Program-made: the position numbers and the translations under genes
The notes under the pieces: model-generated
Seen by the model: only the letters and a program-made list of their open reading frames with translations
Told to the model about the DNA's origin: nothing
The model's database searches: none
Shown: one piece after another, positions 18,989 to 28,801 of the stretch
How positions within the stretch are numbered: position 1 is the stretch's first letter
Layout of the letters: each line of letters begins with the position of its first letter
Assembly (NCBI GenBank): GCA_903856085.1
Contig: CAIOAT010000013.1
Span: forward strand, 39,430 to 103,429
Source: Candidatus Omnitrophota bacterium
Lineage (GTDB): Bacteria > Omnitrophota > Omnitrophia > Omnitrophales > Aquincolibacteriaceae
DNA length: 64,000 nucleotides
Direction: 5' to 3'

Positions 18989-21900
18989 ATTTATCTGAAA
19001 TCTCGATCAAGAACCCAGTGTTTGCGTGGATGCTCATGATTGGACTTATGGTGTTCGGCATCCTCGGTTGCCACGGGATGGGCGTTGGGCAGATGCCGGA
19101 CGTGGACTTCCCTGTTTTAAATGTCAGTGTTAACTGGGAAGGTGCTGCGCCCGAGGTCATGGAAAGCGACGTGGTCGATATCATTGAAGATTCTGTCATG
19201 GGAATCCAGGGATTGCGCGATATCTCCTCCTCTTCCGCGGAGGGAAAAGCCAATATTAAGCTCGAATTCGATCTTGACCGCGACATTGACGTCGCACTTC
19301 AAGAAGTCCAAAGCAAGATCTCTGAGGCCCGCCGGCGCCTTCCAATCGACATCGATCCCCCCATCATTCAGAAATTCAATCCTGAAGACCAGCCGATCAT
19401 GTACCTTGCGGTCACATCACGTCTTCCTTTAAAAGATCTGATGGACTTTGTCGACCGGAGCATTAAGGACCGTTTCAAGACCGTTCCAGGCGTCGGCGAT
19501 GTCTTTTTGGGCGGATTCTTGGAACGGAATCTCCGTGTATGGATCGACACGAAAAAACTTCTCGCATACCAACTAACGGTCGAAGACGTGATCAACGCCA
19601 TTCAAAAAGAGCATGTGGAAATTCCCGCCGGAAGGCTTGAAACCCAGGAAAAAGAATCTTCCGTACGCGCGATGGGCGAAGCGCGGTCCGTTGAGGAATT
19701 TGAAAAGATCGTCATCAACAATCGTAACGGCTTACCTATTTATCGTCCGATCAAATTAAGCGAGGTGGCCCGGATTGAAGACGGTCTTGCCGACCTCCGG
19801 AGAATGTCGCGGGCGATGGGAGAGCCGGCCGTCGGCCTCGGGATCCGGAAACAACGCGGCGCAAATACCGTCGCCGTGGCCGAAGGCGTCAAAAAACGGC
19901 TCGCGGAGATCCAGCGTGATCTTCCTTCGGATTTTTCGATCGGGATCAATTTTGACTCAAGCAAATTCATCAGCGACAGTGTTCATGAACTTTACCTGAC
20001 CCTCATCCTCTCCGCCGTTCTCACGTCCCTGGTATGCTGGCTCTTTTTGGGTTCATGGAGCTCGAACATGAATATCCTGCTCGCGATCCCGACCTCAATC
20101 CTCGGAACTTTCATCGTGATGAAGTTCGCGGGTTTCACCATGAACATATTCACATTACTCGGACTCTCGCTCGCCATCGGCATCGTGGTAGACGATGCCA
20201 TCATGGTGCTTGAAAATATCGTCCGCCATCGAGAACTGGGCGAAGGCAAGATCGATGCCGCTTTGAAAGGTTCCAAAGAAATCACATTCGCAGCCTTGGC
20301 GGCCACACTCGCCATCGCGGCGATCTTCCTTCCCGTGGTTTACATGAAGGGTATTATTGGAAAATTCTTCCTCCAGTTCGGCATTACGATCACCGCCGCC
20401 GTCTTTCTTTCGCTCTTGGAGGCTTTAACGCTCGCCCCCATGCGATGTTCACAATTACTTGAGATAGGAGAAAGAAAGACGCGATTCGGGAGAGCTTTTG
20501 AACACGGCATGGTTAAACTGAATGAATTCTACGGCAAAAGCCTTGTAGTGGCACTCAAGCATAAGTGGAAGGTGCTTCTATTTTCTTTTATTTTTTGTGT
20601 CGCCTCTTATATGATCACGGCCCCTTTGCTCAGAAAAGAATTCGTCCCGGCACAGGACCAAAGCATGTTCCTGGCCGCCCTGGAAACACCCATCGGCTCC
20701 TCGATTTATTTCACCAATGAGCGTTTCAAAGCCGTCGAGGAATATGTCATAAAGCACCCTTGCGTCAAACGCTACTTTTGCGTTATCGGTGTGCGCATGG
20801 GCGGGATGGAAGGCGAAGTGAATGCGGGCATGCTTTTCGTAACTCTCAAAGATCCGAAAAACCGCCCCTATGATCCAAAGCTTGGACGGCGTCCGACTCA
20901 ACAGGACGTGATGGACAAGTTCCGAACCGACATCAATAAGATTCCGAACGTCAAAGCAATCATGCAAGACCTTTCCACTCGCGGATTCTCTGCCACACGC
21001 GGGTATCCCATCGAGTTCTCGATTCGCGGACCTAATTGGGACAAATTAGTTGAGTACGCCGGAACGATCCAGGATAAGATGAAAAAGAGCCCGTACTTTC
21101 AGGATGTTGACAGCGATTACCGATCCGGCGTCACCGAAGTACGGATCACGCCGGATCGTGATAAGGCTTTCGGTCATGCCGCGAGCGTCGAAACGATCGC
21201 GAGAACCGTGAACGCCATGATCGGTGGCGAACGCGTAGCGAAATATACAAAGGATGGAAGGCGTTATGACGTCCGGGTCAAGGCAACCGATAAGGACCGG
21301 CAGACCATCGAGAATATCAAGGATCTTTGGATATGGAATAACCGCGGAGAGATGGTCCAACTCGTGGATGTTGTCAAAATTACGGAACGTCCCAGTCTCC
21401 TGAGCATCACCCGCCAAGGACGCGAACGCGCCATCAGCCTTTACGCGAGTGCAACCACCGGGAAATCGCTTGCTACGGCCATTCAGGAAGCCCAAAAGAT
21501 CGCGGAAGAGACGCTCCCTGACCCCTACCGTGTTGTTTTCAGCGGCTCGAGCCAAACTTTCAAGGAATCGATGATGAGCCTGATCTTCGCACTTGTCATG
21601 GGCATCATCGTCGCCTACATGATCCTGGCTTCCCAATTCAATCACATCATCCATCCGATCACGGTCCTCCTGGCGCTCCCGTTCAGTCTCGTGGGCGCTT
21701 TCTGGGCGCTTCTGATCGCAAACCAATCTCTCAGCATCTTCAGTTTCATCGGCCTTTTGCTTTTGATGGGAATCGTGAAAAAGAACTCCATTTTGCTCGT
21801 GGATTTCACCAACCAGATGAGAGCTCGAGGCATGAATACTTACGACGCACTCCTCACGGCCTGCCCGATCCGGCTACGCCCGATCATTATGACCTCGGTC

Positions 21901-22137
21901 TCCACCATCGCGGCCGCAGTCCCACCCGCCCTAGCGCTCGGTCCCGGCGCGGAAACCCGTATCCCGATGGGCGTCGCGATCATCGGCGGCGTGCTGGTCT
22001 CAACGCTTTTGACACTGTTCGTGGTACCAGCCTTCTATCTGGTGTGCGACAAGTTGGAACAAAAAGGATCGTTCGGCGCGGTCGTTGATGCTTTCAAATC
22101 CAAGCTTTCGGTCCTTTTTCAAAAAAAACAGGCCTGA
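18985..22137 (+). CDS. RND efflux transporter (AcrB/AcrD/AcrF family)
   Basis: 1050 aa; GIVVDDAIMVLEN, GIVKKNSIL, RLRPIIMT. Confidence 0.97.
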   Translation: MNLSEISIKNPVFAWMLMIGLMVFGILGCHGMGVGQMPDVDFPVLNVSVNWEGAAPEVMESDVVDIIEDSVMGIQGLRDISSSSAEGKANIKLEFDLDRDIDVALQEVQSKISEARRRLPIDIDPPIIQKFNPEDQPIMYLAVTSRLPLKDLMDFVDRSIKDRFKTVPGVGDVFLGGFLERNLRVWIDTKKLLAYQLTVEDVINAIQKEHVEIPAGRLETQEKESSVRAMGEARSVEEFEKIVINNRNGLPIYRPIKLSEVARIEDGLADLRRMSRAMGEPAVGLGIRKQRGANTVAVAEGVKKRLAEIQRDLPSDFSIGINFDSSKFISDSVHELYLTLILSAVLTSLVCWLFLGSWSSNMNILLAIPTSILGTFIVMKFAGFTMNIFTLLGLSLAIGIVVDDAIMVLENIVRHRELGEGKIDAALKGSKEITFAALAATLAIAAIFLPVVYMKGIIGKFFLQFGITITAAVFLSLLEALTLAPMRCSQLLEIGERKTRFGRAFEHGMVKLNEFYGKSLVVALKHKWKVLLFSFIFCVASYMITAPLLRKEFVPAQDQSMFLAALETPIGSSIYFTNERFKAVEEYVIKHPCVKRYFCVIGVRMGGMEGEVNAGMLFVTLKDPKNRPYDPKLGRRPTQQDVMDKFRTDINKIPNVKAIMQDLSTRGFSATRGYPIEFSIRGPNWDKLVEYAGTIQDKMKKSPYFQDVDSDYRSGVTEVRITPDRDKAFGHAASVETIARTVNAMIGGERVAKYTKDGRRYDVRVKATDKDRQTIENIKDLWIWNNRGEMVQLVDVVKITERPSLLSITRQGRERAISLYASATTGKSLATAIQEAQKIAEETLPDPYRVVFSGSSQTFKESMMSLIFALVMGIIVAYMILASQFNHIIHPITVLLALPFSLVGAFWALLIANQSLSIFSFIGLLLLMGIVKKNSILLVDFTNQMRARGMNTYDALLTACPIRLRPIIMTSVSTIAAAVPPALALGPGAETRIPMGVAIIGGVLVSTLLTLFVVPAFYLVCDKLEQKGSFGAVVDAFKSKLSVLFQKKQA

Positions 22138-22190
22138 CACATATTCATTTTCACCTATCCTTAAAGACTCTCCGGCTCTAACATAGAGCC

Positions 22191-22808
22191 ATGCCTATGG
22201 AACTTATCCTTCAGCCGCTTTTGGCAGGACTCTCGGTTGGGGCCTTTTGCCTCACCTACTGTTTTCCCTTCATAGGCACTTTCTTCGGCGCAGAAGAACG
22301 CAGCCCCAAGAAAAACTTTTTGATCCTTCTTGAATTTCTGGGCGGACGTCTGGCGGGTTATCTTTGTTTCGGCCTGCTCGTGGGCTACCTCGGCGAGAAG
22401 TTCGACCCCCGGTGGCTACGCCGCGCCACGGATATTTCTTTCATCGTTCTCTCCCTTGCACTTTTCTTTTATCTTCTCGGCCTTGTACGTGAAAAAAACT
22501 TCTGCCGACCCCCGAAATTTCTTAAAGCCCGGAGCCCCATGCTCATGGGTTTTTTCATGGGAATCAATCTTTGCCCTCCGTTTTTGCTGTCCGTCACTTA
22601 TGTTTTTTCCCGGCATAGCGCCCTTTATGGCATAGCTTACTTCGCGCTTTTCTTTCTCGCGAGCTCCCTCTATTTTCTACCAACCGTCTTTGTAGGGCTT
22701 GCTTCCAGAGCTAAGGAATTCCGAACCATGGCACGCACAAGCGGCTTTCTGGTAGCCACCTTGTTTTTTATTTACGGGATCTATTCGCTTGTTCATAATA
22801 GGCTTTAG
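22191..22808 (+). CDS. DsbD_2/TauE-like membrane protein with intramembrane Cys
   Basis: 6 TM; FCLTYC, GRLAGY and GINLCPP motifs. Confidence 0.75.
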   Translation: MPMELILQPLLAGLSVGAFCLTYCFPFIGTFFGAEERSPKKNFLILLEFLGGRLAGYLCFGLLVGYLGEKFDPRWLRRATDISFIVLSLALFFYLLGLVREKNFCRPPKFLKARSPMLMGFFMGINLCPPFLLSVTYVFSRHSALYGIAYFALFFLASSLYFLPTVFVGLASRAKEFRTMARTSGFLVATLFFIYGIYSLVHNRL

Positions 22809-22823
22809 CATGGAGACTTGAGG

Positions 22824-23960
22824 ATGAATATCACGCAACTGCTTAAAAAGATTCTTTCTTTTTTCTTCCTAGCGATCGTTCTTGGAGCAACGCTTCTTTT
22901 TATTTACCGACGTGAAAATTCCGTCCGCGCGGATGACTCCCTGGACAAGACAGGCTTTCATGAAGCCCGCTATTATGAACCCCTGCCCCAAAAGAGGGTC
23001 CAGTGCTTCCTCTGCCCCAATGAGTGCACCTTCTCATCCGGCCAGTTTGGCGCTTGCAAGGCTCGCAAAAATATCGATGGAAAACTTTATTCCATGGTCT
23101 ACGGCAAGATCGCGACCTCGCACGTGGATCCGATCGAGAAAAAACCATTCTTCCATTTCCTCCCGAGCAGCACGGCTTTCTCCATCGCCACAACCGGCTG
23201 CAACATGCACTGCCTTTTTTGTCAGAACTGGGAGATCTCGCAGGCCTTCCCCGAGGATGTGCCAACCCAAGCCGCAACGCCTGACAAGGTTGTAGCCCAA
23301 GCGCTCGCCAACGGCGCCCGATCCATCGCCTTCACCTACAACGAACCTGTGATTGCTTATGAATATATGCTGGATATCGCGAAGCTCGCCAAAAGCAAGG
23401 GGCTCAAGACCGTGGTTGTCTCAAGCGGCTACATCGAGGAAGAACCGCTCAAGGAACTTTTGAAATACATCGATGCGTACAAAGTCGACCTCAAAGCCTT
23501 CAATGAAAAATTCTACCGGAAGTTTACAGGCGGTCGGCTGGCGTCGGTCCTGGAAACCCTCAAGACAATCAAGCAAAGCGGCGTATGGCTGGAGATCGTG
23601 AACCTGATCGTCCCCGGGGAAAATGATAGCGATGACGAACTCCGCGCCATGGCGCACTGGATCCACTCAAATTTGGGCGACAGCGTACCGCTCCATTTCA
23701 GCCGGTTCTTTCCACAATACAAACTCAAGAACCTTCCGCCTACGCCTCCTGAAACGCTCATTCGCGCACGCAAGATCGCTATGGACGAAGGACTCAAATA
23801 CGTTTATACCGGAAATATCGCTTATCCCGAAGGCGAGGCGACTTATTGCCCGGAATCGAAGGAAAAAGCTATTGTCCGCCAAGGTTATTTTGTTATCGCG
23901 AACCACCTGAAAAATGGAGCTTGCCCCGATGGAGAACAAATCCCCGGCGTCTGGAAATAG
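22824..23960 (+). CDS. AmmeMemoRadiSam system radical SAM enzyme with N-terminal hydrophobic leader
   Basis: CFLCPNEC, DPIEKKPF, GCNMHCLFCQNWEISQ, FTYNEP, PLHFSRFFP. Confidence 0.93.
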   Translation: MNITQLLKKILSFFFLAIVLGATLLFIYRRENSVRADDSLDKTGFHEARYYEPLPQKRVQCFLCPNECTFSSGQFGACKARKNIDGKLYSMVYGKIATSHVDPIEKKPFFHFLPSSTAFSIATTGCNMHCLFCQNWEISQAFPEDVPTQAATPDKVVAQALANGARSIAFTYNEPVIAYEYMLDIAKLAKSKGLKTVVVSSGYIEEEPLKELLKYIDAYKVDLKAFNEKFYRKFTGGRLASVLETLKTIKQSGVWLEIVNLIVPGENDSDDELRAMAHWIHSNLGDSVPLHFSRFFPQYKLKNLPPTPPETLIRARKIAMDEGLKYVYTGNIAYPEGEATYCPESKEKAIVRQGYFVIANHLKNGACPDGEQIPGVWK

Positions 23961-25530
23961 CCTGCGCACACCCGGTGTGTACGGCGGATGGATTACGATC
24001 GCATTACTATCACTGGCGTTCACGTTCTCCACGCCTGGTGAAAAAAATGATGGGAACAGAGATGCGAACGTCCGAAGGGCAGCTGTGGCCGGAAAATTTT
24101 ATCCCAGGGACAGAGCTACGCTTGAGAACTACGTGGACACCCTGCTCCTCCAAGCCAACCCGCCAGCGATCAAAGATCCGATCCGCGCGATCATGGTCCC
24201 GCATGCTGGTTATGTTTTTTCAGGCCCGGTCGCGGCTTATGCTTACAAGGAGCTTGAAGGCCGCGACATTAGCACGGTGATCTTGATCGGCAACAGCCAC
24301 CACCATTATTTCAATGGCATCGCGGTCTACGCCAAAGGTGCCTTTGAAACACCACTGGGTCTTGTTCCCGTCGACGAGACGCTCGCCGCAAAACTCCTGG
24401 CGGCCGACCCTGCCATCATCGACCGCCCCGATATTCACGAAGGCGATCACGTACTGGAAGTGCAACTTCCCTTCCTCCAGCGCATTCTGAAAGATTTCAA
24501 AATAGTCCCCATTCTCTTCAGTGGCGACTCGCCGGAACTTGCCAGAAAACTCGCCCGCATCCTTCCCCCGTTCCTGAATGACAAAACCTTGATCGTTGCG
24601 AGCACCGATATGTCTCATTATCCACCCTATGCCGATGCCACGGCCTCGGACCAAAAAACGCTCGACGCCATTCTGACCGGAAAAATGGATGATCTAGACG
24701 CTACTTTAAAAACGCTCGACACTGAACATGTCCCTCAGGCTGAAACTTTCCTCTGCAGTCCCAGCGGCGTACGCGTCGCCATGCTCCTCGCACAAAGTTC
24801 CGGAAACATTAGCCCCGTTCTTTTGAAATATGCAAATTCGGGAGATTCACCGGCCGGCGATAAAACCCGTGTGGTCGGCTACGGCGCCGTCGCCTTCATC
24901 GCAAAGCAAGCCGCGGGACCTGCCGCACCTCCGGCCCCTGGCGAAGAAAAGAAAAGTGCGGCAGATAAAGAAAAAATAACCTCTTCGGAAAAGGAAGAAC
25001 TCCTGAAGATCGCACGCTCCACCGTGGAAAGTTACGTTCGAACTGGAAAAATCCCTGAATTTTCTCCCGCTTCCCCGGCCCTCAAACAGCCGCTAGGTGC
25101 TTTTGTAACACTGAAAGAAAACGGCCAACTTCGCGGCTGTATTGGCCGCTTCGATCCTTCCGGACCTCTTTATCTCACCATCCAGCAAATGGCCGTGTCC
25201 GCAGCCTCGCAAGATCCACGGTTCAGACCTGTTGGCTCCAATGAACTCGGACGGTTGGAATACGAGATCTCGGTTTTAAGCCCGTTGAGAAAAGTTCGTG
25301 CGGCAGATGAGATCACACTTGGCGAACACGGCGTTCAAGTCTCGAAAGGATTTCATCATGGCGTTTTCCTGCCGCAAGTAGCAACGGAGACGGGATGGAG
25401 CAAAGACGCTTTCCTCAGCGAACTTTGCTCTCAGAAAGCCGGATTGCCAAGAGACTGCTGGAAAGATCCAGCGGTGAGTTTACAGATCTTTACGGCGGAC
25501 GTCTTTTCGGAAGAGAAGCAGCAGCATTAG
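23914..25530 (+). CDS. AmmeMemoRadiSam protein B (MEMO1) fused to protein A (AMMECR1)
   Basis: RRAAVAGKFYP, PHAGYVFSG, HVLEVQLPF, STDMSHY; then GAFVTL, LRGCIG, DPRF, FLPQVA. Confidence 0.93.
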   Translation: MELAPMENKSPASGNSLRTPGVYGGWITIALLSLAFTFSTPGEKNDGNRDANVRRAAVAGKFYPRDRATLENYVDTLLLQANPPAIKDPIRAIMVPHAGYVFSGPVAAYAYKELEGRDISTVILIGNSHHHYFNGIAVYAKGAFETPLGLVPVDETLAAKLLAADPAIIDRPDIHEGDHVLEVQLPFLQRILKDFKIVPILFSGDSPELARKLARILPPFLNDKTLIVASTDMSHYPPYADATASDQKTLDAILTGKMDDLDATLKTLDTEHVPQAETFLCSPSGVRVAMLLAQSSGNISPVLLKYANSGDSPAGDKTRVVGYGAVAFIAKQAAGPAAPPAPGEEKKSAADKEKITSSEKEELLKIARSTVESYVRTGKIPEFSPASPALKQPLGAFVTLKENGQLRGCIGRFDPSGPLYLTIQQMAVSAASQDPRFRPVGSNELGRLEYEISVLSPLRKVRAADEITLGEHGVQVSKGFHHGVFLPQVATETGWSKDAFLSELCSQKAGLPRDCWKDPAVSLQIFTADVFSEEKQQH

Positions 25531-27726
25531 AAGAGCGTTTACAGCACCCAGAAGTATGAGTGTCTGAGGAACTCCCAAGATCGGAATGAAAAATCCAGCG
25601 GTCAGAAGAGCGCCCAGCGCCGAGCCCCCAAGATCCGCCGCGTAAACACTCCCGAGCCGGTTGCCTTCACCCCGGACGAGATAAAGCCGGTTCGCAAATG
25701 GAAAGGCAGCCCCAGCGATAAGACCGCCCCCGAGCGCCATGCCTAAAAAAACAAACTGATATTCTTCACCCAGAAAAAACCCTTTTGAAAAGATCCTCAC
25801 GCAACCTTTGATGATCAAAAAGAAAAATACTGCGTTCATTCCATGAAGTCCTGCAAGTCCAAACCTCTCGGGAATCTTTTTGAGGCCCAACGCTACCCAG
25901 GTCCCCGCCCCGAGTCCCACCATGAACACCGTGATCACCCAGGCAAGCCGGTAGTAAAGATCTCCAAACGCCGCCTGAAAAAGATAGATCACCACGATCT
26001 CAAACGCCATCAAAGAAAAACCGGCCGTCCCCATACTAACGAACGCGAGTTTCCTTATGCCCTTCTGCGTCCCCCCGGAGAAAGCAACAAGGAACAGGAC
26101 CAGGCATAAACCCACCGTCAGAATGACCGGGAAAGGAAGGGTCGACCCGAAAAAGAAGGCTTTCGTGATCTTGGGATCGAATTGACTGAGCCACTGGAGA
26201 AATTCGAAATAACAAGTGCGCGGCCGGAGGTCTGTGTTCTTTGTCTTCCATATCGAATTACTGAAAGCCGTCGAGACCCGCCCCACGCGATCGTTCGTAA
26301 GCCGGTAGCGGATCTGATCCGCCGTTACAAAATCGGACCGTATCTGCCGTTCGGAGAGCCGATCGATCATTTCCTTAGAACCCAAAGACGACGCCTTCCC
26401 CGCAAAAGCCAAAAAGAAAAGCGTGTCCTCAGGAAGCGCCTTCACGGAAGGAAAAACCTGACTGAGCGTCGCGAAGATCGAGCTACCAAGCCGTTCCAGT
26501 TCTGGCGTCATGATGTTCGCCGCAAACGTAATATGGGTGGCAAAAACGCCACCGACCGAAAGATGGGAACGGATAGAACGGAAGAATTGCTCTGTGTAAT
26601 TTCGATTGATGAGCACCGAAGCTGGATCCGGAAAATTCGCAATAATCACATCAAATTTCTCTCCTTCTCGTTTAAGAAAATCCCTCGGATCCGCAGCCTC
26701 AAGCTGCACCCGGGGATCGCGAAGCGTCCCTTGGAGATCCTGCGGCAGAAACCCGCGGGCGATCTTCAAAAACTCAGGGTCCAGCTCGACTGCGCGAACC
26801 TCTCGGGGGCCATGTTTTAAGATCTCCTGCAAAGGCCCGTTGAATCCGGTCCCAAGGAGCAGGACCTTTTGAGGTCCCGGATGCGAAAGCATCGGAAAAT
26901 GGACCAGATACTCACTCGCGAGGGCTTCCCGATCCGCGCCCAGAAGCAGGCCGCTCTGATAGAAATTATATTGCGCCCCTAGCTGCGTGACAGACACATT
27001 GCCGTGGACGGTATTCTCCGTCAGGACAAGCCTTTCGTTCGGGAACCGTAACTGAGACGTCCGTTGCTGCAAAGAAGCGCTGCTCATAAAAAGCCCTGCC
27101 GAAAAAAGAATCGCTGTAAAAACAAAAAGCCCCAGAATCTTTTTCTTGAGAAAAATATGAAAAATCCCGCAGGCAGTCACGAGATTTAAAACTGCGAGAA
27201 TCGCTGCCACCCGAAATTCATTAGTGAAAACAAGCACAAAACTAAAAACGGTCCCGCCCACGATGAATCCAAGGCATTCCCAGAAATACGCCCACCCCAC
27301 CGTTCGCGCCGATTCCCCCTCCGACGTTTGAGATAACTGGGCTCGTGCCGCAACCGCGAATTGCATCCCCAGTACCCCGCATAGAGGCACAAGAACAGCC
27401 AGCGAATAGAGGAGAGAGGGAATAAATTCCGGAAGCGCCCCTGCCGGAGTCCCAAGAACCAACTTGCCGGAGCGTATAAGGATGATCGTGAAAGGAAAAA
27501 GGAAGGCTATAAGAACGTGGCAGATTGCAAGCATCCGAAAAGCTTTTTTTGCATCGCAGGAGAATCTTGAGCCTAGCGCAGTCCCCAAGAGCCAACAGAA
27601 GAGAACCCAGCCGATGAAAAACTCATTGGCGTAGAAACTCATCGCAAATTCCCGGATCACCACCACCTGGGAAATAAGCGACGAAAACCCGAGAATAGCA
27701 AAGGAGAGGATAAGGATCTTTTTCAT
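25480..27726 (-). CDS. fused multi-TM / spermidine synthase-like protein
   Basis: TM blocks flank a SAM-binding domain (VLLLGTG, VELDP, FDVII); YAADLGGS at the C-terminus. Confidence 0.85.
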   Translation of the reverse strand: MKKILILSFAILGFSSLISQVVVIREFAMSFYANEFFIGWVLFCWLLGTALGSRFSCDAKKAFRMLAICHVLIAFLFPFTIILIRSGKLVLGTPAGALPEFIPSLLYSLAVLVPLCGVLGMQFAVAARAQLSQTSEGESARTVGWAYFWECLGFIVGGTVFSFVLVFTNEFRVAAILAVLNLVTACGIFHIFLKKKILGLFVFTAILFSAGLFMSSASLQQRTSQLRFPNERLVLTENTVHGNVSVTQLGAQYNFYQSGLLLGADREALASEYLVHFPMLSHPGPQKVLLLGTGFNGPLQEILKHGPREVRAVELDPEFLKIARGFLPQDLQGTLRDPRVQLEAADPRDFLKREGEKFDVIIANFPDPASVLINRNYTEQFFRSIRSHLSVGGVFATHITFAANIMTPELERLGSSIFATLSQVFPSVKALPEDTLFFLAFAGKASSLGSKEMIDRLSERQIRSDFVTADQIRYRLTNDRVGRVSTAFSNSIWKTKNTDLRPRTCYFEFLQWLSQFDPKITKAFFFGSTLPFPVILTVGLCLVLFLVAFSGGTQKGIRKLAFVSMGTAGFSLMAFEIVVIYLFQAAFGDLYYRLAWVITVFMVGLGAGTWVALGLKKIPERFGLAGLHGMNAVFFFLIIKGCVRIFSKGFFLGEEYQFVFLGMALGGGLIAGAAFPFANRLYLVRGEGNRLGSVYAADLGGSALGALLTAGFFIPILGVPQTLILLGAVNALLMLLLLFRKDVRRKDL

Positions 27727-27807
27727 GTGCCTTTATGGGTCGAGCTGTCCCCGGGGAAAAGTCAGCTTCCATCCGGGGATGGGGCCACCCTACGCCTAAA
27801 GATCTCC

Positions 27808-28638
27808 CTAAGAAACCTTCCCGGAAAGAATACGGATCTCACGCTGCGGGTAAGGCATCGTGATCTGGGCAACGATAAGCGCTTTATGGATCGCCAGATT
27901 GATCGCGCAAAGAGTCTGGAAATATTTCGTCGTCGGGATCCAGTAGCGGCAACCGATGTTGATCGAAGAATCCCCGAACTCCTGAAGACCAACTTGCGGC
28001 TTGGGCGTCGCGGCAACCTCTGTAAAGCCCGCGATCGTCTTCTGAATCACCCCAATGGCCTTTTCCGGATCATCGGAGTAGCTAATGCCCACCATGTTTT
28101 CCACGATCTTGAACTTAAAGGAATTGTGAATGATCTCGCCCACAATACTCTTGTTCGGGATTGTGATCTTCACGCCATCCTCATCGGTGAGGATCGTCGA
28201 AGATAGGGTCACTTCATGGACCACCCCGCTTTGACCTGTCACTACAATGGTATCTCCCACCACGAACGGATGCCCCAGGATGATCGATATCCCGGCGCCG
28301 TAATTGGAAAGAGGACCCTGCAACGCCATGCTCGCGCCGAAAGCTCCCGCCCCGATCACCGCAATAAAGGGCGCGATCGTAATGCCGAATTTTCCAAGCG
28401 CGATAATGATGGCGAAGGCCAGAATCGCGATCTTAATACAGGACGCTATAAACTTTGATAAGGTGATATCGATCTTCTTTTTCTCACAAAGCTTGAGCAC
28501 AACTCCCTGCGCCCAATTCCCGATAAGATTTCCGATAATAAGAACGAGAATGGCCCCAATGACCTGGAGGCCGTACTCCGTCCCAAAATCAATGAGCTTA
28601 TTGATGAGCTTCTGTACTGTGGTCATTTCTTTTTCCAT
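27808..28638 (-). CDS. mscS: small-conductance mechanosensitive channel
   Basis: ALQGPLSNYGAG, PFVVGD, ITIPN, ITMPYPQ. Confidence 0.9.
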   Translation of the reverse strand: MEKEMTTVQKLINKLIDFGTEYGLQVIGAILVLIIGNLIGNWAQGVVLKLCEKKKIDITLSKFIASCIKIAILAFAIIIALGKFGITIAPFIAVIGAGAFGASMALQGPLSNYGAGISIILGHPFVVGDTIVVTGQSGVVHEVTLSSTILTDEDGVKITIPNKSIVGEIIHNSFKFKIVENMVGISYSDDPEKAIGVIQKTIAGFTEVAATPKPQVGLQEFGDSSINIGCRYWIPTTKYFQTLCAINLAIHKALIVAQITMPYPQREIRILSGKVS

Positions 28639-28801
28639 AAATTTCCCTTCAAGCAATTTTTGCGCTGCTGTCTGCACTGTAGACGATACGGGCATTTGTC
28701 ACCTCCGTCATTTTATCACCTAACTCCTGCGAGGAAAATGTTCGAATTCCGAATGGACGCTACTCTCTTTCCGCAATAAGGTCACTTTCGTTTCAAGGTG
28801 T

